DNA of 64,000 nucleotides from Clostridia bacterium (lineage in GTDB: Bacteria; Bacillota; Clostridia; Christensenellales; UBA1242): positions 438 through 64,437 of the forward strand of contig JAFVWN010000025.1 in the NCBI GenBank assembly GCA_017501645.1. The letters are read 5' to 3'. Each line of letters begins with the position of its first letter. Position 1 is the first letter of the stretch. This document shows, one piece after another, positions 44,101 through 44,456 of this stretch. The position numbers and the translations under genes are program-made. Below the pieces are notes generated by a model. The model searched no databases and was not told where the DNA came from. It saw only the letters and a list, made by a program, of their open reading frames with translations.

Positions 44101-44145
44101 ACTGGCGACAATGCTACAAATGATGTAGATGCTGAGATTTCTTAA
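11119..44145 (+). CDS. Giant (~11,000 aa) repeat-built surface/adhesin-like protein: signal/anchor, BspA-type LRR, B-repeat and MucBP-like modules, divergent B-repeat array, beta-helix-like C-terminus
   Basis: The frame is uninterrupted from 11086 to TAA at 44143-44145. The ATG at 11086 has no SD. The ATG at 11119 is preceded by AAAGGTGG (11104-11111, 7-nt spacer). My manual count gives about 100 modules with the G-[YH]-x-[FL]-x-G-W signature and at least 16 modules ending (L/V/I)-Y-Y-x-R. A promoter lies upstream and a clean terminator downstream. Confidence 0.95.
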   Translation: MDNSKSIDPATKKKGMKKSAKVTLLVLSIVFFLAAIVTPIAIFAAPKDDDHYSEKTVGDFVLRYDTTEGYYDIVRYIGDSNDVTIPSRIDGKPVRYVLADAFNAEKRASNKNIESVTIEEGISQIGASAFKGCANIKELILPESMTTIGSKAFEGSGIEKLTVGDASTLVLLEDSLDGATELKVLSILKASNSLKSGSLSNISGTITDVELSTGVVVGDGAFEGLNNIKTLSVYNYSNLSVDVNAFVNSNITTLNIYWAEDNLTEAFMDKFQGLTKLTTVNLDSKIIKIMPEALAKFGSLSSLTMGNGTEIDISSLPAGIPAEDFEIFMIPADEADANNLTLNITHDSGISTYDVLSQDFLNKFEYNKITTVNLSPKFTGIGTAAFESYSLLNKIVFGENSNVIRIQDGAFGAPESITELKVYGPSDPENNLFKAFNYESSAYHTRHSYNDNIDLAAYYIVLNYGLGAENKPDAGSVSQENMQPRLVPIGELVLNYLPKDSASDRIARNWTLTGWQLEDGTKVEDQLMSVDFAKNAQGVRTVYAIWLPGEQTKYHIEYRTQNLDADGTGVTNDYTIINEGPIEMWGTTNALVEVNNTFTPKTIPGFTLDLTVDGTVSSGNISADESFAIKLYYVRDSYEVSFDKNDALNSVTEATLDFTGIDNVDGKVKVYYQGKYPQLPTASRPGYDFDGWYMSSTSETKITAGTNFEGNAPVTLVAKWTGKQVSYTKEIYYQNLNGEGYSLDSSSSASALVDTIVSITVLDNITGFVYNASVDGTLQEARVDGDGSTVLRVYYDRIIYTIRYNLNKGEGSTDPVVDPSSSSNNKAIRYGVKYSFPIVTREGYTLTGWQTLGGTFVDANTTVLAGELDTNDGQETTLYQTLYAIWAPITYDITFNGNDNTSGNTNTIEDVKFDQKVVIPTNGFAKQGNHFVEWNTNANGEGDAFTIGQEVSNLTATQDDIIELFAIWAPNTYTVKFDANNSSAIGEMDDLPMTYGEKKNLPSVGFRVTGYTFSGWNANKTGDGLSYVDEQEIENLTYENNITVTLYAMWTVNTYTIVFNGNGTDTTTDGKEMKPIASIPYAGEGSEVTLTENTFVRTGYTFNGWNLATDGTLASYADKQTVSALTTENNATVTLYAQWTVITYTVTLDNGLNDGTDTEVVYIPYNNVAIENPFVNEGYALVGWAETLNGEIIANIANWLVEKTEADEELKLYAIWEANAETPYSVEYYLQDVDGSYNLVYPTTATGSKNDLSAQTGSLVTVTDADARNFFTIPEGYVFDEDNVNNNNTNVRISGHGDTVIKLYYKRATYTVNFDLNKADGTTGSILPTSVENITVTYGLPYVVNGVFAALTRTGYEFIGWATEEDKTVAVNASTDVYNKTTNSTLYAIWKAGKTTYTVEHWTENVDDNGFTLLEGNTETITTADTDAIVSAQEKVMTGFVYASGNASEVVSGQNSADEALVLKLYYTRTTIDIIIKVEGEEIVKEEVKFGQVVEIEDLVAEEPTKDGYTFTGWVDSNGDLVTNVTAGTEDIEINATFEENEYDFIIVPNFSVASTFKRVYSFVDGKKKAKYTQTLNLANAAAGLERTGYTFLGFAYTSNAVEADYKVTDDNFSAVPVETLVKNAPGARPPYPATSINLFAVWQINSYTLTYQHETQTVGGEEVEFNSVVTLKDEKTFTKTGWAYTQWEDQDGNLYNIYKDGELNTFVMPAKDLVLTPVWIANTYKVVYNSNPFTVTLNGEPVARNPINSVEDATFTYDSEATLATNNYVLTGYKFAGWNTQADGKGSSYQAGAKLAASVVNNYYINGLEDGTLNLYATWTAKEYTLYVNANYAGASTAQKQVTLKYDQEYTLNNNNEEISLSRTGHTLIGWSATEGSTSVDTGLGIGDVISNKATGEEDSISFTIYAVWETISGIKYTTEYYKQNLNGEYELDSSATTEGAGVFGATANAVIKTFNGFTYNEGYAEELISASIPANDYELTLKVYYTRNTYTVKFDLNEGDKTGSITTGAVADIEDVMYQAEIGTLATPEKNGYTFLGWFTDAENGELITAQTTYTWYNETTKTLYAHWEAKEDTTFIVYHRLQNLNDNEYPALASLDGTEFKEILNGTTDTDIVLDDIKNEYTGFTYSFSIPENLGAIVGNGDTTIQLHYTRNSYTLTLNKETGINSVSATVTPTATLEGNVYTIKYDANVVLNAVASQGYTVDAFYKETATHANEFKMGAENIVLTAKAIANKYEIVFDANTGTTTATELAFEKAYNETITTLASTAFAKVGYNFIGYSLTASATTASYNAGAVVEVSALAIADNKAEGTTDKQTITLYAIYTPIQFTIVYDGNGHTGGTAMSNSVFTYDQDAILKLNTYKRTGYTFEGWATSPKGAKAYEDGANVKNIVNTAQEKTLYAVWQAKTYTVTFDLNYDGSTALTKEFTVDGTNNTLEDIQVRTGYTFKGWAKTRTVVTADELMSANANVGNTLSADGEDITVYAIWEAKTFTVSYNGNGGEGVTASSNFTYDQINALAENGYTRIGYNFAGWNTKANGEGETYVAGFESRNTFFNNGEGVTLYAMWNESDGITYKVEHYQESITEDGSLAFSLAATDNLSGKTGDSVTATPRNYTGFTYQASYEEGQFETIASGTILADGSLVLKLYYTRNIYTISFDNGIAEDAVLTGTIGATPDDITIKYGAKYGTLAGIDRQGYTFAGWYTADDAKIAETDTYELTTNSTLYAKFTANDVSYVINFYKQNIDLTYPQTPTQVIDTLTAKADSTIEVGTQGIVWEGYTTPNAQEILVRADGTTVVTFNYAIISYSLTLNTQEGVDTFIAESSNGGIEELSAGVYKVYYGANITLTATALKGYTLGNLMNGEETQSATFTMGANDMVVTATATANTYTIVYNAGTGSVDTAIESATVKYNTNVTLSNGNGFSKEGFKFAGWAFTSGATSNNFASGAHITGADLISKAYNAGVQGVTSTYADTTITLYAVWSYNTFTLTYTYDGQDISEEYTFDSKQTLKGDNTFSKTGYHYEEWVDVDNDSQKYAVGGEFTVPARNVTLTPVWIKNQYTIVYNGNGADSGEVANSTHTYDEAKNLNKNEFKKTGYHFGGWSYNGETYQDEESVMNLTSVKDDTITITIIWAPNTDTEYKIYHVVENVSNAPVTFEPETGFILIANSTETHKGVTDGEVNALNVSVYFTDGVYNGGLVGFTYSESLTTSKPGKKTGTIAPDGSLELVLYYTRNIYTMSFVTPADITGGSMASVRYMYEAVVSLPDCGFEKTGYSFKNWVIDGTSYNVGDAYTITADVSVSAVFDADTYTVTLDKQSGVGGDTTISATYDAVIEDLSSVPTRAGYTFQGYFTGTSGSGVKYFDKDGKAVESTWKFVDDTTLYASWTQNDYDITFDKEGGEDGDDTVGVTYGDALKPINPPRRDGYTFDGYYYNKTEDGVTSSTKYFNADGSVTDKDADGDLTDEVWDIPGDATLDAKWIANNYTVNYDANGGNGTTNPTNHTYDTASSLAMNSFTYTGYTFQNWNTQRDGLGTTYTEGSSVSTLVKDPDGSITLFAIWKANTYTITLALLDADIANGAVLGTTTTTATFDKVPESISTVATKVGYTLAGYYDESGRTCYIDGTGKGVVAWDIARDTTLYARFTQALVDYVVNYYKMDLYGNYSATPTESIVLKAEADSTQTIKPAPTKEDYTGFIKPADKADVKINADGSTVVNFQYARSQYTLTLNKQTGISSFTASSADSTITGDKVYYGATVVLNVEAVAGYTFAGYVVGNSSIEQPDTFTMTEDLTVSAKATPNNYTLRVHPNFPDAGVEYIDVELTYEVNFTFENNADVDYYFEYAGYTLQGWSTTATGSVEYEINETVKNLTTLKDGVVNIYAIWKANTNTQYVVEHYLETLTAGTFATPVDDETRFTYTGTTDTTATATPNDYAGFAYKTGYELEVLSANINGDGSTVLKLYYLRESYTVSFDTNLGGTTGTLNSAEPESIDVLYGATYYDKLPTDLDRNGYTLDGWYYVDAATLKSAIPTNGVKVNETTTLDTADDLVLFAIWDAEETTVYKINHYTQGTDGIFNFKETTTHAGMTDTTATVVPLTISGFSYDETVEGTVKDLTIHGDGTTVLKLYYVRQEYKVTRDGSDLGTYKFGTEVSKTLPTRTGYTFKDFTIVLSTEGLTLTINYDKTAGTFTFNMPASNVTLTSNYDENTYFVVFNGNGATDGSMDNQEFKYTESKALTRNAYERSGYTFGGWALTADGEQKYTDGATVQSLASGQGDEFEIFATWIPKSFNITFHGNGGTSSGASSYSDDYTFASNETLAVNTFGKTGYTFQGWDTAEAGTEVKYADRDVVSKITTYQATMSLYAVWKANQYTVVYSGNGATSGEMPNSVFTYDTPANLSLNKYVKTGYTFQGWSLTEGGSVAYSNGGTVSTLAPSGIVTLHAVWAADDDIKYTINYYLQDMNASGTALVDTYTFFDSETLLDGVANGTINAREKSIHLALSSSVYVSLVDGLIYDSAKTEAINKFETTNLDPSGAQVFEIYFTRQSYTVTYAGNQNTTGSMAVETYYYEAEFQVKANGFVRNGYTFSTWNDGTNDIAVGSNYKVETANIIFTAKWNVNKYKVIYNQGNGTGAIESQEFAFNDSAVQLSNGTGMVRPGYTFIGWSIDNNLTVELAHTTTHTGENIVTTAGVAVPYAPTDITLYAVFEANKNTQYKVEHYQQNVSDLSQYTLIEKDTQTLTGTTDTLTNATAKTYTGFEAKAFAQANISGETTTVIKIYYDRLSYNLTITMSAKGIKSITASGSRTEETATSGTFSVLYGSSVTVTAVLSKGYIFNGWYEGETKVSTDENLVYTIEEMGASDVTLMAKATPITFAIILDANNGTPIDGVSANTSMTYDAESTLVQAFERDGYSFEGYSLTKTATTGEFKVGTVSVAQVNTLFDNYNETDEATTIYAIWDANTYTLTYDAGDGAEGDLETTVDFDQTIAIHTAVSKTGYTFKGWSKDGSTVIATITGSMTGEALVKAYGISAPYAETEVIALVAVWEANKDTKYTIKYYQQNTALSTDLKDYVEVTADRKVLSGETDTAIGTVTPGIDYNGFVTPAAKDGGTIAADGSTVIEFYYARRTLTVTFDSNANSVTPQPTIAGSMENKTYTYGTTAKLENNGYTATYIDGNSNTVTYSFVGWATTNGGSVTYANLADIDKIVVDLSATNENATALTITLYAVWSQDSASYTIEIMKPAIDANGKLITDKYDVVEKVMTDAEPNQTITINPADYVNDIDTLGFTYDESKTGVANLTKMVAADGSTKFTIYTTRNHYTATFYANNGTEATVEHIIYFGANIRNTIAIRDDKVFTYTGHYFVEWAVGVDGSGEYVNISSMDGSTETVKTDLNVEAVWAQNAYKIVFSANLGTNGANYDASKAEINTTYEESIDAPGANFYVRTGHKQANWIYGPSQTPFTIETAGTSIPVATIVDNLGMATANQTTQTITIYANWVANEYTVTYNINTLSGTDKTESSTFSYDPSNNATVVLADANTFEYANYTLDGWKLTDTDGSYNYRVGATVKANEIIAAAGMTDTPGTINLFAHWTPNEYTITVETLLNTQANTVCGTANITAINGSAIAGVKSQLIVYSSYNYATKAETVTKFTITYTTSTGYSFVGLYANEVTEGNKIADATSINMYGANTTIYAVYDALEPTLTLSATDASVNASEWAGIKGVADHGFTLSGKTASKTVTFDTSYGTLPSPTRDGYSFAGWFNGETEIKTDDTVKIVDDTTFVAKWVANTYNIVFKAGTGATGNDVTVSGRYDGTITTPGNVFAKTGYTLVGYKHNDAGTEATYGVGTTASVTEIANTAHKTTASAEAIEIILFAHYTANTYTVKFDKNNGTIVYKGSYTETYEATYDKPIVLNVMIDSVVRAGYDFAGFKVSTTGATLQLTEALQNVATEQDAVVTLTAQWARHSNYTLTLESNNTVGGSVVVSGTDPESATATKLAFEQEFTAIARPNAGYHFVAWYKGSVAEANKITGANATYTATMPALATNDGTYKLIADFEKDTYTINIVNKVFINNNEATDKLSSFSVTVNNNKPIFEENITFSVVSKADGYKLTGYYTDVACTANKIADVDGAYIVAAQASNNATINVYARFDAITYTVEFAVLEGQGSITGTTSFTATYDVEYSAGDYITGATRTGYAFAGWKVDANTTITDGKIKNLTTAEETVTLTAVWTANKYTVNFNSNKPTTATNTVTGTMNAQEFEYEVEEAINTNTFKLTGWTFDSWNTNANGSGTKFADGAKLSTLITSGSTTLYAQWTVNKYNVTLYNNHSATDSTVFKTIEQTFDSKYVLEDTTREGYTFNGWFTSRTGGTQVTEETMVSTADDHDLFAQWTVNSYNLTVHIYTQVGSNTAEKETTGGSVKAATTVNFGTTTQMTATASTGYSFAGWYVGDGVTTAFTDVNTTNPIETAPMVTAGLVYTALFTANTYTIEFAENGGTFTFATGATNTYTATYSVSVNVSDIITDATRAGYDFANFLGSDGKTYTLESVLLNLASAQGAKVTLTAGWDIHSNYTLGVAVDPTGSGTAEITATTGTIAGNKISATGVTYNSDVTVKATANAGYHFVGWYDGDTQKSTSATYNFKMPALSANNGAYNLVARFEKNGYKLSVNAKTYIDGAESSTYVGGTVSANKTDVVLGDVVTLTATEKAGYTFTGWFTDPACSKAIDGNTYTIPASGDEGSTVSLYAKFVANTYTVTYHANNGTDATSTSTFVYNKAGSLTANTYTLQGYYFTGWSTVEDGTKVYNDKHAISADAPLAEEGNVDLYAVWEVNKYSIYFGTNDATPTEGSYTDNIVTDNGNDQYKKGHHITSWNALEDGSGKTFELSTQVSVKEIADAVGMSNGNASKQEIILYPVFVANTYTLIYNSNYPTDPETKTNATKTGATIIYTANANTNTTLETAVGAGFAYEGSSLDSWKISGTEATYPVGSAQSVLAIIEAANVVDTNEAEINLDAIWSYIDYTLTVTNVYVGAQNATTLAAAVTGDVGGTSTGSGTYRNIDTATLTATPKTGYTFIGWFNTANDEKLSAGTGANNSFEYDMPAANVAIYAKFQINTYTLTINTYTKYGTETDKASVEGGTISSGLVTLTRNENVYTADIYYGKTVNLTANTVSGYTFAGWFKASTATGEGDTTSPITTDAMVVGGLTYSALFTANEYDVKIYTYVQVGGNAAVESAIGGTATGAGKVILTKTTQMTASANDGFTFAGWYKGKGVATEYADATPATTEAMTTAGQEYTALFTANLYTVTINSAVGGTGIIGTTGTLKEKSYYIVTSALAPQSVTVTATASEGYTFDGWNDESGEVADETKATYTFTMPAKSITLTPKFTINQYALTINVMTQFGSQYTTETVGGTVTGAGNYDYGAVASMVATPNSNYTFVGWYKGTTVDKNSSAYSTSAEASAEAMGINGLTYTALFKATDYTATIYSYLTTGNGDPALTAMDVTVTNAFATVNKSTATWTTEIPLTKSITLKAAENAKYSFAGWYTGNGVSGSPITTELTYTLAQASTNTNEQTITAHFTANQFDVVLALGTGVKSLSYKLGVNGEQQVTSQTTISVAYGETLKITAVNEAGYHITSFTANKTISGLGNNGATITYNLTEGATITANAERDVYDILINTYTDGVSASAGGTISATVAGKNATITSGKISGVVFEQEVGLTATANAGYHFVGFFTDADLTDSRDVPFNMPALANNGDTYTIYASFETNTYNLTVESYTNGVASTDGGNVTGNKSNVVEGTSVTVSATPSVGYHFVGWYDTTDFANASAKSTSTSYTFTLDNKLTNNEHNKTYTLYANFQVNKYIISVNANTGALAQGTTATSAELAYTDNYTTLSTTSFTKTGYSLVGFATAAAGDVVYDCAKAYSVATMATNAKSNAHSSSTQTITIYCVWSSNSYNFNVVVYTKVGNSTTVNNDGGSVTAPSTIKFDGTVTMSASANSGYKFVGFYTDNTFAESSKLAGNTSAKCTSVDGLTQYALFEAEMNTLTVYLQPQVADLGVTLSTGNASYTFAYDSANYKYTVSIPTSVSLNISASAIVDYKFDAWYTGNGVVSGNKVDGATREGLTTTKMTAGGLTYTLSYVSKTYNLVYNLDYSVVDNKSEGTLTDALEPITLSSKMNNTAVTYTLNGDAFKTALTAKGLALAGWKVANTGASADYSANQSGLSASSLAEKAGVRGTDGATINLYAVLESKTVDIAVDSNNTTAGTAKITYVEGGAVSLNSVNTEIYTIDTATNTATANTFKALATVNSGYHFAEWSSSDTTLEINKAIEVSGNSYTASFTINSYDISFSVVTYKNATETDATNVGGTITPNTSGSYNYKAEIELVATQNTGYTFMGWFTNANCTTSAEVTTTASGNTHTGTYTVPVAGDNGADISLFAKFVANTYEITFSAVDATSWTNTTGFDAVTGGYKKTYYYNSALDGTLPTPTRTGHAFDGWFTSATGGTKVNGGDIVKVTTNTTYYAQWTVTNFNVTLIAYTKNYAGEITQSTDGCQTLTGGQGYDFGTSVTVSAVAKAGYSFGGWFEGTDFTGTPVEDATSYTFVMPAKDVTINALFTINQYNVTVKARYQGATDATTLANLADDTTGIAYKTLTGAGKYFFGTAVTLVASANANYSFVGWYTDEACTTELNLNGSADATSTSYAFNMTSVDQTIYAKFVINRVEVTVGAYYKVATNNVLGNAQSGEDMGTARINKVLTSSDVTNTATATNVASGYILYGTSTAITLIAKTVSGVPYVGTWHTDTTFATTTDATVSSSKVSAYALFIPAAYTLSAEVYGLSATDAGTLSTTLAENVGGTVTGAGSTYHGQARTLTATPTTGYVFEGWYTNPTCTSAVTTGVTENTVVVTVTSATTIYAKFVQAQYTLTLAPRFQSPNASNGLNALETGTTGGTVAIVDNEYITFDNETYKYTVYHGQEFVISATPITGYRFDGWFSNDACTTSITVTGNKVTLTANREIYAKFTATQYTLTLNAMYQSAKNATELNALAKDDTGNIVSVSGAGNYYFDQVITLTADAEADGYTFNGWFTSADCIGTPVCATEEYEYTTTKADVTLWAKYTQTQYTVTVVEKVSGGTNVNGLTAPYVTIDTIDTASATVYYGKTRELKAVYNSTQFVFGGWFADEACANSLGTGTTYSPTITSNTTIYAKFTQAQYTLTAKSVYTSGDMISSNTNATEGVIGGTVAGAGTVYYGLTLTLTATPATGYSFIGWYNGGTTIAPSETGTNALSTEDSYTVTMTADKTILGYFKANNYTITVVTMTQEENNGGITQTTNGWAGSSTSTTFVTSATYRYKLSNVKLGKVSGTTWNENEYSFVGYYTDADCTAQFSNDINASIEITENKTYYALFSRASFTVTAVEKYKQSKNVNTLGDLKTGNTAGTVSATTTTVYYGSDTTLTATANDGYTFKGWYSNSNCSTRITTNTSYTVSNVTSNTEVFAYFVETPYTVELVGMYQSAKDAQNLNALAKDTSAVAGTVSTTTTAYNDNDGVSGFFAGYNISIVAANKTGYHFVAWYDNEACTSNVANEATSVYTVQTSGNKLYAKFVQNQYTVTATARFQKATAVTTLADLATGTTGGSLAGSPALNNASGVYTVGIYHGFSVTLTATANAGYSFIGWYNNSNCDEGEVTTNPRTVTATANVELYAKFVHKSYTITGTAAYKDSATINTLKDAVVGTTGGTISGAGAVYHSQSRSLTANANSGYTFVGWYSNSTCSTAITSTGIYSVNDNMLTISGMTDNVTAYALFVKTPYTISAAARFDDGSSITSTNGLTGSFTGGTATINTTAYSGYGLTGYFPGYTISATAVGVKDASNNEVFRFTGWYDTSACDGTALSTSASYTNYSKKPSNETIYALFTRVSYTLTISAKYQAATNATTYASLASGETGGTVSGGGSALYGATQSATASAETGYTFVGWYNASGVELATTATYTPTMTADLSIYAKFVINKVAVTLNSMFRAPSSATAIATNPTVGTTGGSVESTMFTDQTVLSTAKTTVSHGKTGYILYGTAPTITTTPADNYAHAGNFTTSGNSYTAYAGAGITSATAIYSRFDAQTYTVNVKVYTSAVTTGGAGTATESTTGGTVSPVTKNFYIFGGANVLGSFTTTPKTANGYVFDGWYNSTTFNSANKITTFAGTEAGATHTIYALFRPDTLSVTVTALAQNATGKSTLSTSLVAGGGTVTGSSTSYAYGQSVTVTAQANTGYVFKGWYSDSTCATLKSNDASYTFTLTATTNLYAKFVTAQYTITTVVRGENASSPTALSGTKSNGVGGSITGAGTYYIGTGSAFEVTLGATPDSGYKFINWYSNEDCSNTTSNVITSTTAGASITVYGYFTTGTYTVTFDPQGGSVTPTTMTLYRHTGTVAVPTATRSAYTFAGWFTQTGGAGDQVTNAVVSGYTDTTFYAHWYANISVTVNGINRTPESMHGSTVTTQTLTAGNNTASGNTNTLKSITAKTVTGYTFVGWYRSTTISSANLLGSNATLNITSTGSLTYYAYYTPNATTVSMKVYYLNNTVYTQGVTGGNATVKIGSTTVTPSGSDGAYTFTTYYNGAYVITAAANANYEAYGFNTNATATPTTASTVASSYTLTQNGAATANNVQVLFRGKQITVSFNANGKTGVTMPSNVTVRYGTTATATLSFNAYAVTNYQHLGFNKSSSATTASIARSAVTSNATVSFLVNTDNVSISGTNGTVYAVWSQAYVWAVAKNSSGTELALDSFVRGYNTVEAAITAINGNSSAASGIVTVVKSVGMTTAVTISKPIDLTATNASNTITVSSTANFVVNATLNVYGVTIAGTTTATNGLFDVNAATLTFGKSGTTTTLSGVTATNIFFADASTSKVNITTATITSCKTGANGTYGSIINLTSGATGTMTNTTISGHNAVGVTMFNINASTLTVSGGTIGSTTSANTASGSSFEAIFYNTNGTLTISNSTTIISNDYRVDYATGDNATNDVDAEIS
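11182..11253 (+). other. Hydrophobic signal/anchor segment of the giant protein
   Basis: KKKGMKKSAK is followed by VTLLVLSIVFFLAAIVTPIAIFAA and then PKDDD. I-F-A|A is a possible signal-peptidase site. Confidence 0.7.
11290..12440 (+). repeat. BspA-type leucine-rich-repeat region of the giant protein
   Basis: IESVTIEEGISQIGASAFKGCANIKELILPESMTTIGSKAFEGS and further degenerate repeats of the same type. Boundaries are approximate. Confidence 0.7.
12640..28998 (+). repeat. Mixed array of canonical B-repeat modules (~70-80 aa, ...GYTFxGW...LYAxW..N.YTV.F) and MucBP-like modules (~90 aa, Y.VEHY.Q...LKLYYTR..Y), with occasional divergent B-repeats
   Basis: Read from the translation: e.g. RTGYTFNGWNLATDG...LYAQWTVITYTVTLD and YKVEHYQESITEDG...LKLYYTRNIYTISFD. 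Boundaries are approximate. Confidence 0.75.
28999..43350 (+). repeat. Array dominated by divergent B-repeat modules (~90-95 aa, Y.LT(V/I)......GG.V.G.G.Y..G..V.L.A....GY.F.GWY), with a few canonical B-repeats interspersed up to ~36660
   Basis: e.g. YTLTLESNNTVGGSVVVSG...ARPNAGYHFVAWYKG...LIADFEKDTY. The stretch 36670-42270 is an uninterrupted run of about 19 such modules. Confidence 0.7.
43360..44142 (+). other. C-terminal beta-helix-like / PMP-like cap of the giant protein
   Basis: Short T/S/G/N-rich repeats with alternating hydrophobics: TLTFGKSGTTTTLSGVTATNIFFADAS, TMTNTTISGHNAVGVTMFNINASTLTVSGGTIG. The protein ends ...DYATGDNATNDVDAEIS with no hydrophobic tail. Confidence 0.5.
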
Positions 44146-44180
44146 TCTTGTAAAACTTGCAAAATTTGTTTAGTAATAAA

Positions 44181-44209
44181 AGAGACGGTCAAAAGCCGTC
44201 TCTTTTTTG
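44181..44209 (+). terminator. Intrinsic terminator of the giant gene
   Basis: AGAGACGG (44181-44188), loop TCAAAAG, CCGTCTCT (44196-44203), then T-run. It lies 36 nt after the stop. Confidence 0.85.
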
Positions 44210-44376
44210 TTGTAAAATTTAAGAATTTTGTTTTAAATTATAAAAACGATTGGGGAAAATTCGTTGCAAGGGTGGGGAAACAAATAAAACATAAAAAACA
44301 GTTTATTAGTTTAGTTGGTTTTTTGTTGAGAGAACTTCACTTTTTGGGTTGCAAAGGTTAAAAATCAAAAGAATAC

Positions 44377-44405
44377 TTTACATTTTATTGTGTGGGTGCT
44401 AAAAT
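44377..44405 (+). promoter_or_regulatory. Sigma-A-type promoter of leuS (extended -10)
   Basis: TTTACA (44377-44382), 17-nt spacer, TGcTAAAAT (44397-44405). Confidence 0.55.
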
Positions 44406-44456
44406 AAAAGAAAATAGTTGATAAATCTATTAATAAATACAAAGAGGCTGAAATTT

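Noticed and set aside
11119-44145. An LPXTG sorting signal in the giant protein (strings such as LPTRTG, LPTPTRTG, LPSVGF).
   Set aside because: None fits LPXTG. All are internal parts of the B-repeat consensus, and none is followed by a hydrophobic segment plus a basic tail.
10343-44400. The giant gene as part of a mobile element or genomic island.
   Set aside because: It has no flanking integrase, transposase, tRNA or direct repeats. By eye its base composition is similar to leuS and the gat genes, and it is flanked by core genes. This cannot be excluded without genome-wide statistics.
44210-44456. A T-box upstream of leuS, prompted by the string CAAGGGTGGGGAAAC.
   Set aside because: The ACCGCG half is absent and no terminator/antiterminator pair follows. 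The best promoter (44377-44405) lies downstream of the string, leaving only a ~45-nt leader.
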